A stretch of 64,000 nt of DNA. It comes from Clostridia bacterium. Lineage in GTDB: Bacteria; Bacillota; Clostridia; TANB77; CAG-508. Of this stretch, positions 52,824 to 63,500 are shown in pieces. Location: the NCBI GenBank assembly GCA_017512025.1, contig JAFWHH010000017.1:338-64337 (forward strand), written 5' to 3'. The notes beneath the pieces were generated by a model. That model worked only from the letters and a program-made list of their open reading frames with translations, was not told the origin of the DNA and made no database searches. How positions within the stretch are numbered: position 1 is the first letter of the stretch; each line of letters begins with the position of its first letter. A program made the position numbers and the translations under genes.

Positions 52824-53303
52824 ATGGGAACGTATAATATTCCGAGAAACACGAAAGGTGAAGGTAGACTATTTTACATATTTTCAACAAAGGCGTTGAT
52901 ATGGACAGTTGGTGGACTTTTAGTAGGTGTAGTAATAAAAACAATACTAAAGTCAATAGGATCATTATTTAAAGCCGCAGGAACATTTAATTTCATAGGT
53001 ATTATTATTACCGTTCTACTTGCCCTTGCAGGATTTGTAATTGGTACCTTCAAAATGCCAAAGAATGACAGATTTGAAATTACAAGAAAAGCAGGAGGTA
53101 TCAATCTAGATAAGGTTTTAATCGAGTCAATTAGATTCAAGTTAAATCGTGTAAAGCTATATGTTTATGACACAGACGAGCTATCAAGAGAAGAGATTGA
53201 GCATGAACTTGATGAAAAAGCAAAGAATGATGAGAAAGAAGAAAAATTAAGACAAGAAGCTATAGAGAAAGCAAATAGAAACAGAAGGGGGTATATTAGA
53301 TAA
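52824..53303 (+). CDS. PrgI/VirB3-like membrane protein
   Basis: Y.IPRN..GE.RL..IFS.K N-terminus, two TMs, position upstream of the VirB4 genes. Confidence 0.65.
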   Translation: MGTYNIPRNTKGEGRLFYIFSTKALIWTVGGLLVGVVIKTILKSIGSLFKAAGTFNFIGIIITVLLALAGFVIGTFKMPKNDRFEITRKAGGINLDKVLIESIRFKLNRVKLYVYDTDELSREEIEHELDEKAKNDEKEEKLRQEAIEKANRNRRGYIR

Positions 53304-54640
53304 TGGACGACTTTTTATTATTGGCAGTTGTGGGAATTATATTGGTAGTTGCGATATTATCAGGTGTATTAGTTTTCATAACGATGAAGGAAAAGCAAGA
53401 AAAAGGCAACGATGAAAAGAAACAAAGAGATGATGAGATTGATACAGCAAGAGCTAAGAAATCTATGTTCAGATTCATGGAATTTGACACTATCGAAGAT
53501 AATATGATTGTTCAAGATGGTGGTAAAAGATATTTAATGGTTCTTGAGTGTAAAGGTGTTAACTACGATCTATTATCTGATGTTGAGAAGAATGGTATTG
53601 AGCAAGGTTTTATTGGATTCTTAAATGCATTAAAGTTCGAAGTTCAATTATACGTTCAAACAAGAAAAGTTAACTTAGCTCAAAGTACAATGAAATACAG
53701 AGAGCGTTTGAGAACAATAGAAATGGACATGTACGAAGAAGAGCAAAGATATCAAAATCTTCTTAGAAACCCAAATGCAACAAAAGAGGAAATCGTTAAA
53801 GGTCAAAAAGAATTAGCTAAAAAGAAAAATCTATACGAGTATGGTAATGATATTATTGAAAATACTGAGCAAATGAGCGAAGATGCAGATTTAACAACAA
53901 AAGAGTACTACATAGTTGTTCCATACTACACAGAAGAAATAACATCAGCTGGAGAGTATGACAAAAGAGAAATTGGAAAGATGGCATTCTCTGAGTTATA
54001 TACAAGAGCTCAATCGTTAGTTGGTGCATTAACAGAGTGTGATGTTAGAGCTAGAGTTTTAACTTCAAAAGAATTAATAGAATTATTATTCATCTCATAC
54101 AACAGAGAGCAACATGATACATACGATTTTGATGAATATATCGATAACTCTGGATATGATTCATTCTATTCAGTAGCTCCAGATGTTCTTGATAAGAGAA
54201 TAGAAGCACTAGATGCAGAAATAGAGCGTAAAGGTAAAGAAAAAGGTGTTGAAGCATATAGAAGAATCAACAGAAAACAAGAATACAAGTTACAACAAAT
54301 AAGAGATAGAGAAGAAAATATGGGGGCTTACATTAATGAACTTGCAAGAGAAGCTCTGGATTCTCAAGTAAATATACTTGGAAAAGATAAAACAGAAGAT
54401 GCTAAAAAAGAATTAGATGTAATGGATAAAGAGCTTGCAGCAAATAAAGCAGCTAGACAAGAAAGAATCAATAAAGCTAGAGCTGAAGATAAAGCAGAAA
54501 GAAGTGCTACAGCTGGCAAATCAGATAAAGCTAAAAAATTAGACAGTTTAACACGTGAGGAAAAGATTAAACTTGCAAAGAAGTTGAAAGAGAAGAGAAT
54601 GTTGAAGGAAATGGAGGCAAAGAAGAATGGCGAAAACTAA
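53303..54640 (+). CDS. Membrane-anchored protein resembling the N-terminal (non-ATPase) VirB4/TraC module
   Basis: N-terminal TM; GVNYDLLS..E...I..GFIGFLNAL.FEVQLYVQTRKVNL and KEYYIVVPY motifs; coiled-coil tail. Confidence 0.6.
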   Translation: MDDFLLLAVVGIILVVAILSGVLVFITMKEKQEKGNDEKKQRDDEIDTARAKKSMFRFMEFDTIEDNMIVQDGGKRYLMVLECKGVNYDLLSDVEKNGIEQGFIGFLNALKFEVQLYVQTRKVNLAQSTMKYRERLRTIEMDMYEEEQRYQNLLRNPNATKEEIVKGQKELAKKKNLYEYGNDIIENTEQMSEDADLTTKEYYIVVPYYTEEITSAGEYDKREIGKMAFSELYTRAQSLVGALTECDVRARVLTSKELIELLFISYNREQHDTYDFDEYIDNSGYDSFYSVAPDVLDKRIEALDAEIERKGKEKGVEAYRRINRKQEYKLQQIRDREENMGAYINELAREALDSQVNILGKDKTEDAKKELDVMDKELAANKAARQERINKARAEDKAERSATAGKSDKAKKLDSLTREEKIKLAKKLKEKRMLKEMEAKKNGEN

Positions 54641-56594
54641 TATGAATTTGTTAGGAAAGAAAAAAGAAGAAAACACAGAAAAAGTTGAGCAAGAGCTAAA
54701 GAGAAGAATAATCAGAAAAAAGACCATAAAAGAAATGATTGCCCCTACTGGAATTGATGCTTCGAGTTTAGATCATATTGAGATTATTTCTACAACAGAT
54801 AGATTTGCAAGAAGTTTCTTCGTAGCAAACTTACCTCGTATGTGTACTTTCCCTGAACTATTCAGAGATATGTACATGTTTGGTGATATAAACACTTCAG
54901 TTTATATTAACCCAATACTAGAATCTACATCACAAAATGACTTAAACAGAACAATCAACGAGCTAGAAACTGAAAGAATACTAGCTGAAGATAGAGGTAA
55001 TATAAACAGAGCGAGATTACTTGCTCAAAAAAGAATGGAAACAGAGCAATTAAGAGATGAGATTGCTGCTGGTTTCAATAAAATGTTTGAAGCAACAGTT
55101 GTGTGTACATTGTTTGCATATGATTTAAAGGATCTAGATACATATACACGTTTATTATCAACAGAAATGGCTAAAAACCTAGTAGATATCAAATCTGCAT
55201 GGGCTAACCAAGATGAAGCATTTAGAACGAATCTTCCTTTAATGAGAAAGAAAATAAGTGAAAAACACTTATTCGATAGAGAGTCAATAGGAACAGTATT
55301 CCCATTTACTTCATCAGAAGTAGGACATCCAACAGGTATTCCATTAGGTTATAACTTACAAACTGGTGTACCAATATTATTTGATAATTTCCATGAATCA
55401 TTAACAAACTATAATATGGTTATATTTGCTAAATCTGGTGCTGGTAAATCTGTAACAATGAAAACATTAATTTCAAGATCTGCTGTACTAATGGGAATTG
55501 AAAGTTTAGCTCTTGATGCTGAAGGTGAGTACTCAATTGTGGCCGAGAGCTTAGGTGGTACAAACGTTATCATAAGCCCAAGTTCAGATACAATTATCAA
55601 CTTATTTGATATAGAAGTAGAAAATATTAAAGATGAAATTACTGGTAAAGAACGTGAAGTATTAAATGTAGAAAGTAAGGTTGAGGACGTTACTCAAGCC
55701 TTACTAACAATGGCAAAAGGTAGTACAAGAAGTAAGGAAGTAAACGAGCTTACAAAACAAATTATAGCTGAATCTGTTGGGGATGAATATGCAAGACTTG
55801 GTATTACAAGTGATCCACAAAGCTTATATGTAAGTGATTCAGCAACAATTGTTGATGGTAGAATCGTTAAAGAAAAGAAGGAACTTCCTACTATTGGAAG
55901 TTGGTATAGACAAATATGCGAAAAAGCAGCAAACAATACCAATACAGACTATCAGTTCCATTATAGTTATCTTATTAAAGTAATGAAGCAATACACAAGA
56001 GAGTATGATGGTCAGATGGCATACTTTGATGGACAATCTACTATTGATATGCTTGATGAATCACCATTCATAAATCTAGATATATCTCAATTAGAGGAAA
56101 GATTTGCAAGACCACTAGCACAACAAATACTTCTTTCTTGGATTTGGGAAAAATATGTTAAAAAGAACAGTGAAGATAGAAAGAAAGCTAGAAAAAAACG
56201 TGTTCTTGTCGACGAAGCATGGATGCTTCTTCCATACCCAGAGGCTGTAGATTTCTTAAATACAATGGCCAGACGTGCTAGAAAGAGAAACGTTTCACTT
56301 GCCATTATTTCTCAAAGATTCCAAGATTTCTATGAGAAACAAGAGGTACAAGCTGTTTTAACATCTTCAGATACTAAGTTATTCTTAGCACAAGATAAAT
56401 CTGAGATAGAATATGTAAAAGAAGTGTTCAAATTAAGTGAGGGTGAAGCAAGCTTCCTAACTACTTGTCAAAGGGGTCAAGGACTACTAAAAGTAGGCCA
56501 AGATTCAGCTTTAATAGCTATTAGACCTACTGCAAAAGAGTTCGACTTCATGGAGACAAACTTAAACAAGGTAGTAAGTAAGCAAAACAAGTGA
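54627..56594 (+). CDS. virB4: VirB4-like T4SS ATPase
   Basis: NYNMVIFAKSGAGKS, LDAEGEY, LVDEAW, ARRARKRN..L.IISQ, GQGL. Confidence 0.88.
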   Translation: MAKTNMNLLGKKKEENTEKVEQELKRRIIRKKTIKEMIAPTGIDASSLDHIEIISTTDRFARSFFVANLPRMCTFPELFRDMYMFGDINTSVYINPILESTSQNDLNRTINELETERILAEDRGNINRARLLAQKRMETEQLRDEIAAGFNKMFEATVVCTLFAYDLKDLDTYTRLLSTEMAKNLVDIKSAWANQDEAFRTNLPLMRKKISEKHLFDRESIGTVFPFTSSEVGHPTGIPLGYNLQTGVPILFDNFHESLTNYNMVIFAKSGAGKSVTMKTLISRSAVLMGIESLALDAEGEYSIVAESLGGTNVIISPSSDTIINLFDIEVENIKDEITGKEREVLNVESKVEDVTQALLTMAKGSTRSKEVNELTKQIIAESVGDEYARLGITSDPQSLYVSDSATIVDGRIVKEKKELPTIGSWYRQICEKAANNTNTDYQFHYSYLIKVMKQYTREYDGQMAYFDGQSTIDMLDESPFINLDISQLEERFARPLAQQILLSWIWEKYVKKNSEDRKKARKKRVLVDEAWMLLPYPEAVDFLNTMARRARKRNVSLAIISQRFQDFYEKQEVQAVLTSSDTKLFLAQDKSEIEYVKEVFKLSEGEASFLTTCQRGQGLLKVGQDSALIAIRPTAKEFDFMETNLNKVVSKQNK

Positions 56595-56766
56595 TATGAC
56601 GGGGATAAGAAGGCTTAAAACAATTGACAAAATGCCCAAAAAATAGTAAAATTAAGGTAGACCCTAAAGAGGGTTTACCTTAAGTAAAATGAGAGTTTTA
56701 GAGCGTAAAATTTTGATTTTACTTAAGGTATGTAAGAGGTAAAGATTATAAGAAGGAGAAATTGAT

Positions 56767-59475
56767 ATGAAAGGGTTTAAAATTAAAGAAAAACTTAAAA
56801 AATCATTGATAGTTACAATTGTAACAATTATGATTGCTTTCACGATGCCAGTAAAGTCTAATGCAAATATACTTAATGATTTCGTAGACCTATTATTGTT
56901 TATACCAGATGGTATTATGCACGTAATAGACAAATATATTGGTGGATCAGAAGAATTTACATACGCGGATTTGGAGTATATAGGTGGATACGATGATGGT
57001 GGTTGGCTATATAATTTCATTGTTACTCCATATGATATATTCTCATCTGGTACATACGAAGAAATAAATGGTGAGTATCATACTAAACTTGGTCTGCTAG
57101 ATATCAATTTCTTTGCAGATAAGCCAATTGTAAATGCAAATGGTTCAAATACAGCAATATCATCAGTGGTACTTGCACCAGTAATTGGTAATGTGTACAA
57201 AGGCTTGAGAAATTTATGTATGATATTAATGCTTGTAGTTGTTCTATATATTGGTATTAAGATAATGATTTCAAGTATTGCAGCACAACAAGCTAAATAT
57301 AAACAATTACTAGTAGACTGGTTAGTTGGATTTGCATTACTATTTATGATGCACTACATAATGTCTGGATTAGTTTATCTAAACTCAGTTGTTGTGAAGA
57401 TGTTAAGCAATGAAGAGGGGGATTCGTTTTATGTTGGTGTAGGAGAGCTTGAAGATGAAGGAGATTTACCTGATACAGATTCAACATGGTACGATATTTG
57501 GTTAGGACGTGAAGATACACAATTCCATGGTGCAAAATACGAAAACTTTAAGATACATAGATTAGTTGTAATGAATAGTTGTGATGATGAGGAAACATTT
57601 TCTAATCATTCTAATGGAAATTCATATATTGATAAAAACACTGGTAGATTAGATTTAAACGCTGTTCCTAGGGGAGAACAAGACAGTAATTTCACTAGCC
57701 CATCTGCTGGATATGTGTATTATGGAGATTTTACTACTGATCCAGGTAGAAATTGGGGAGAAAATGGTGTTATTTATCTATCAGCCAGCTTAGTTAATCC
57801 AGGTTGGAACAACAAAAAATACGAAAACAAAGCTGTTGTAAGACTTAATGCAATGAGCTACGTTAGAACAGTTTCAAGTTGTGGTTCAGAAGATGATGCT
57901 GAATCAGTAGTACTATACGATAATGGTGGTGAAAGAAGAGGTGACGAAGATGAAATAGATAACTTCGTTGTAATGGGATTCTCTATCTTATACTTATGTC
58001 TAGTTATTGAGACAATAATGTTTGTATTTACATATATTAAGAGGGTACTACAAATGTCATTCTTAACAATGATTGCACCAATAGTTGCAATTATGTACCC
58101 AGTTGATAAAATCGGTGATGGTAAAGCACAAGCTTTCAACACATGGTTTAAAGATTATTTATTCAACATACTAATCCAACCAATGCACTTATTGCTATAC
58201 ACAATATTCTTCGTAGCAGCTACAGGATTAGTATCAAGAAATATTATATATGCAATAGCTATATATGGATTCATGATTCCAGCTGAGAAATACTTCAAGA
58301 AAGTTCTTGGATTCGAAAAAGCATCTACAGGCGGTGGTGGACCTCTTGGAGGAGCCATTGGTAGAGGTTTAGCTATGGATGGATTAGGAAGATTAGCCGG
58401 AATTGGTCCAGCAGCTCGTGGCGGAAAAGGCGGAGCAGGTGGAGCCAGTGGCAACAAGAGAAAAAGACCAAAAACCAAAAAATTAACAGGTAGTGATGAC
58501 CCAACAGGACCAAGCGGATCAGGAGGATCAGGAGGACCAAGTGGATCAGGAGGATCAGGTGGGTCAACTAGCCCATTAGCACCTGGTGCTCCACCTAAAA
58601 AGAAACCTGGTACTATACTATCTGGTATAGGAGGAGCAATTGGAAGTAGAGCTGATAGAGGATTAAAAGGCTTGACAGGAGGTAAATTTAGACATCTAAG
58701 AGATTTACGTGATCCAGGTACTGGTAAACTAGATGCAAAAAAAGTACGTGGTGCTGCATTATCTGCTGGATTAAATGGAGTCAAGTTTGTAGGAAGAAAA
58801 GCATTCGAAGTTGGTACAAGAGCTGGTGGTATGGCACTTATGGGAGCAGCAGGTATAACAGCTGGTGCTGCAACAGCAATGGCAACTGGTGATATTAACA
58901 ACTTATGGAAAGGTGCAACAGTAGGTATAGGTGCTGGTAATAAGATAGGTGGAAACGTTGGAGATAGAGTTGAAGGATTCTATGATGATTTTAAAGAAGA
59001 AGTTAAAGCTGAAAGAGCTAAAGCTGATCCAGGTTATAGAGCAGAATTAAGACAACAACAAGCTAAAGATGCATATGATGAGTTTATTGAAGAATTACCA
59101 CCGGAGGATAGAGCTAGTTTTGAAGCTACAATTGAAAATTATGCACCATATATGGATGAGGTAGTAAAAGGTGACGAAAGTATGCTTAAAGCGTTAAACC
59201 TAATAGATGGTGATGCATTAGCTGCAAATTTTGATGGATATGATAAGATAGCAATTGCTCAAGATGCTAGATCTTGGGGAGACTTAAGGGAATCAAAGAG
59301 AGAAAAAGACTATCTAGATTATTTAGCAAAAGAACAGTATCGCAAGGATAAAGGAACTGAGCCAACAGATGCACAACTTCAATCATATAGGAATGATCCA
59401 GCTAATAGTGCAGAAGAGGCTAAACGTCTTGCTAGATTAAAATTAGCTGTAAAAGCACAAGGAAAACTAAAATAG
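56767..59475 (+). CDS. VirB6/TrbL-like polytopic membrane protein with Gly-rich cytoplasmic tail
   Basis: Multiple TMs; YIKRVLQMSFLTMIAPIVAIMYPVDK...FNTWFKDY..NILIQP.H; GPSGSGGSG repeat at about 58507-58563. Confidence 0.7.
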   Translation: MKGFKIKEKLKKSLIVTIVTIMIAFTMPVKSNANILNDFVDLLLFIPDGIMHVIDKYIGGSEEFTYADLEYIGGYDDGGWLYNFIVTPYDIFSSGTYEEINGEYHTKLGLLDINFFADKPIVNANGSNTAISSVVLAPVIGNVYKGLRNLCMILMLVVVLYIGIKIMISSIAAQQAKYKQLLVDWLVGFALLFMMHYIMSGLVYLNSVVVKMLSNEEGDSFYVGVGELEDEGDLPDTDSTWYDIWLGREDTQFHGAKYENFKIHRLVVMNSCDDEETFSNHSNGNSYIDKNTGRLDLNAVPRGEQDSNFTSPSAGYVYYGDFTTDPGRNWGENGVIYLSASLVNPGWNNKKYENKAVVRLNAMSYVRTVSSCGSEDDAESVVLYDNGGERRGDEDEIDNFVVMGFSILYLCLVIETIMFVFTYIKRVLQMSFLTMIAPIVAIMYPVDKIGDGKAQAFNTWFKDYLFNILIQPMHLLLYTIFFVAATGLVSRNIIYAIAIYGFMIPAEKYFKKVLGFEKASTGGGGPLGGAIGRGLAMDGLGRLAGIGPAARGGKGGAGGASGNKRKRPKTKKLTGSDDPTGPSGSGGSGGPSGSGGSGGSTSPLAPGAPPKKKPGTILSGIGGAIGSRADRGLKGLTGGKFRHLRDLRDPGTGKLDAKKVRGAALSAGLNGVKFVGRKAFEVGTRAGGMALMGAAGITAGAATAMATGDINNLWKGATVGIGAGNKIGGNVGDRVEGFYDDFKEEVKAERAKADPGYRAELRQQQAKDAYDEFIEELPPEDRASFEATIENYAPYMDEVVKGDESMLKALNLIDGDALAANFDGYDKIAIAQDARSWGDLRESKREKDYLDYLAKEQYRKDKGTEPTDAQLQSYRNDPANSAEEAKRLARLKLAVKAQGKLK

Positions 59476-59502
59476 TTTAAAGTATATAAAGGATATAATG
59501 GT

Positions 59503-60516
59503 ATGATTAGAAATTTTTGGATTAATATTAATGAAAAATATCAAAGAAATAAAGCAGTAATCTGGTTTGTTTTGATTGTTATCATATTTGTAGTTCTTGT
59601 AACAAAGAACTTAGAAAAGATTATTAATTCAGCCAGAGGTAGTAGTGTGTCTACTACCTCTGGAAGTGTTTCTAATGACGATGAAATTGCTAGAATAGCT
59701 AGAGATTCTAATGATAATTACAATGAAGTTAGTGAAAAGCTAAATGGTATGAATATAACAAAAGAGGATCGTATTAAGCTATTTGTTCAGTTATGTAATA
59801 ATGGCAAGGTTGAAGCTGCTTATGAGTGTTTATCTGATGCATGTAAAGAGACTTTGTATCCAACAAAGGAGAGTTTTGTTGATGCATATTATAGCGCTAT
59901 TTTTAAAATTAGTAAGGATTGTGATATTACTGAAGTTAAAAATGGTACATATAGAGTTAAATACGTTAATGATAAGCTTTCAACCGGTGGAGCAGTAGCT
60001 ACTGAAGGTGAAATTATTGATTATATATCATTTGATTATGATAATAAAATTAATATATCAGGATTAATTAGAAGAGAAGAGAACAACATTACATCTATTG
60101 CACCTATTTTCACAGTATATATTGATAAGACACAAATTTTTATGGACTACGTAGTATGTGAAATTAGGGTTAAAAACAACACAATGGCTGATATATACAT
60201 TAATGATGCTGATAATAGTAACCTATACATAAATGATGAAGATGGAAATGCGTATTCTATAAATACAGATGGTATGTTTGATGTTAATTATTATGTTCCT
60301 GCTAGAAGCGAAAAAAGCATTAAACTTAAATTTGATATTAAGTATGCTCAACATAGCAGCATTAAAGAGATGGTATTTGGAAATATGATAATTAAAAACA
60401 AAGAGTTTCTTGATGTAAATAATGAGATAACTAATCCAACAACCGGAGAGGTTGAATACGCAAAAGTTAAGACAAATTTTCCAGAAAAATATACATGGAC
60501 AGTTAAATTTGAATAA
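59503..60516 (+). CDS. Hypothetical bitopic membrane protein in the T4SS cluster
   Basis: Single N-terminal TM; AYECLS..CKE helical segment then beta-rich region; sits between VirB6-like and hydrolase genes. Confidence 0.65.
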   Translation: MIRNFWININEKYQRNKAVIWFVLIVIIFVVLVTKNLEKIINSARGSSVSTTSGSVSNDDEIARIARDSNDNYNEVSEKLNGMNITKEDRIKLFVQLCNNGKVEAAYECLSDACKETLYPTKESFVDAYYSAIFKISKDCDITEVKNGTYRVKYVNDKLSTGGAVATEGEIIDYISFDYDNKINISGLIRREENNITSIAPIFTVYIDKTQIFMDYVVCEIRVKNNTMADIYINDADNSNLYINDEDGNAYSINTDGMFDVNYYVPARSEKSIKLKFDIKYAQHSSIKEMVFGNMIIKNKEFLDVNNEITNPTTGEVEYAKVKTNFPEKYTWTVKFE

Positions 60517-60545
60517 GATACGAATGCTGAGAGGAGGTGACACAT

Positions 60546-63500
60546 ATGGACGAAGATGAGAACAGAGGTCAAGTAAGTCAAGGATCAATGGAAGATGGTA
60601 TGTCAACCATGAAGGAAGGTGCTGATAAAGCTGCTGGAGCTGCTAAACAAGGTGCCAAACTTATGGGTGAAAAATTAAAAGGTACTAAAATGGCTCAAAT
60701 GGCTAAAAAAGCACAAGAAAAAGCTAAGGCCCAAGCAAAAGCATTTGCTAAAGGTACTAAAAAGTTTATAAGAGGTGCAACAACAGTTAGTGCTGGTGCT
60801 GCATTGACTGGTGCTGGTGCTGCAACACAAGCTGCAGGTGCTGCAATGAGTGCTGCTGGTCAAGCTCTTACTGCTGCAACAATGGGATTTGGTGCTGCTG
60901 TAGGTGAAGCTATGGATGCCGTTGGTAAAGGTATGCAAGAAGCTGGTAAAGGCATGGTTAAGGGCGGTAATAAGGTTATGAAGCATGGTACTAAAACCAT
61001 GAAGAAAGGTGCTAAGCAAATGGCCAAAGCATCAATGGCCGAGCCAGGTAAATCATCAGGGGATGACAGTACAGGTGGTATACCAAAACCTAAGTTACCT
61101 TTCTTAAGCCCAAAGAAAAAATCAAAGAAGCCTAATAAAGAGACTGGCAAGAAGCTATTAAGATTCGCTATGCAACATCCAATGATAGCAGGTATTATTG
61201 TTGGTGCTATACTATTATTCCTATTGATATTATTCATTCTTTTAGCTACTTCTTCATCAGTTAATAGAGGAAAGAAGAGCGATGGAGATAATAGCAACGT
61301 TCCATATGTTGTCAGCAAAATCGCTCTTGATACATTACAAATCTACCCAGATGGAAAAGGTGGATTTACATATGGATTTTCAGATGAGAACGGTAATCCT
61401 ATGACTCTTGATGAGGCAATAGATAAAATATTAACAACACTTAAAGAGAATAAGTCTAACGCATATGATGAGTTAGGCAAAACTGATGACGAGAAAAAAG
61501 AATTCCTAAAATTACTAATACAAGCAGAAGTTGCTACACAATATCCTGATTTATCTATAAAGGGTAATGGTACAACTACTACATATATGACACCAACAGG
61601 TTTAACATCATCATCTACTGGAGTAGATTATTGTGTAAATATTGATGATCCAAATGCTGCAACAGTATTAGATGAGGATGGTCTTAAAGCTGCAGTTAAT
61701 AACTCTAGTTTAAGTGATCAAGCTAAACAAAATGTATTAAGTGTTATTCCAGACTTAGTACAATATCAAGACCAATATAGAGTAAACGCTTTATTTATGA
61801 TAGCTGCTGCAACAGTTGAATCTGGCTGTGGTACTAATTGGGATTATATCGACCCAAGCACACATAACTGGTTAAGCGTTAAAGGAGATGCAAATGGTGG
61901 CTATGTCGATAGAAATGGTACAACATGGAATACATATGGTAGCTACTCTGAGGCTAGTGAATCTTGGTTCCAATTAATATCTGGAAGTAGCTATTACTTT
62001 AAAAATGGTAAAAACACTGTAAGAGAAATTGCCCCTACATACTGTGACTCAGCATGGGGAGAATCTGTTGCTACATATATGGACAAGTACTATCAATATG
62101 CAGGTGCAACTAACCAACGTCAAATTGCAGCTGTAACAGCAAGTTCATATTCTTCTAGCCCATCACAAACCCAAGCTAACTTAGCTCAATGGGGTTGGGT
62201 AATTCAAAACGAGAATTTAAATGCTTATTATTATGAGCATGGTTATGGAAATATTACATACAATTCATATGCTGTAAAAGGATATATAACTCAAGATGGT
62301 CAAGACTATATTGTTGTAGACAATGGATATGGATTATATGTCGGTGCCGGTGTTCAGTTAGTAGGTCCAAATGGAGGTCAAAATACTTTCAACTTAAATC
62401 TATTAAAGAACCATGGTGTAGATATAACAAGTATATATGCGGGAAGAACAATGAATGCAGATGCTGTTGATAAAGTATCTCAAGAAATCTTCATGTATAA
62501 GAAAAATGAAATCCAAAGCCAGGCGGCATCTAGAGGTTTAAATTTAACAGAAAATCAAATAGTAGCACTTATTGATATTTCATACTTAAATGGTAACGTA
62601 AATACACAATTAAATAACATTGCTAAATATGGTGCTAACAGTGACCAATTAGCTAATACTGCCGGATTTGCTCCTTGTGGAGAGAATCAAACTCCAGTTA
62701 GTAGAGCTCAATGTGTATGGAAACTATATAGATATGGAAAATATGAAGCTAGACAACAAAGTGCTTATGATCCAGCATACTTTGGTGGAGTTCCAACAAG
62801 TACAGGAAATCCTACAGGAATTGGTAATAGCGGTACAGCAACAGCAGGTGGAGTTGATAAGAATGGTGTAACTATTACAGAAAATGGTAACATCGACTTC
62901 TTAAACTACGCAATTGACGCTCATAAATTATTAAGAGAAGACGGTTTCTATTACTGGAATGGTGGTAGAGAGATGCCAGTTGTTAAGGGCGATCAACAAC
63001 ATACAATAGACTGTACAGCATATGTATCAATGGCTTTAGATAATTATGGATTAAAAGATTGGAAATATTATCCTCATCAATTAACACCAGATTCACTTGT
63101 TGAATATGGTAAGAGCAACCTTGAAGTTGTATATGAGGGTAATGCTACAACATTAAATGAAATAACAGACTTACAATCAGGTGATATTTGTGTAATGCCA
63201 GGACATGGTCAAATATTCTATGGTTATGCAAGTGATGGTTCACCAGTTTGGTTAAACTGTGGTGGAAACGCAAGTATACAAGAAATGGAAGGTAAGAGTG
63301 GTTGGTATCCAACACCAATTACATACGTATTTAGAGTTCCAAATGGATCTGGTAGCTCTTATACTGCAAGGGCATCACAAATACTTACAGGAAATGACGA
63401 TAGTGTACAAGGAAATATTAAGATCAAGAGAGTAGATGAATCTGGAAATGAAGTAAATCTTGGATACATGGACGAAGCTACTTTTGATGACATGATTAAG

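Noticed and set aside
58507-58563. GGACCAAG(C/T)GGATCAGGAGGATCAGG direct repeat
   Set aside because: Encodes a GPSGSGGSG linker; not a CRISPR array or mobile-element repeat
58155-58901. 248-aa Pro-rich minus-strand ORF, and similar ORFs at 60675-61318
   Set aside because: Mirror of Gly/Ala-rich plus-strand coding sequence; no RBS
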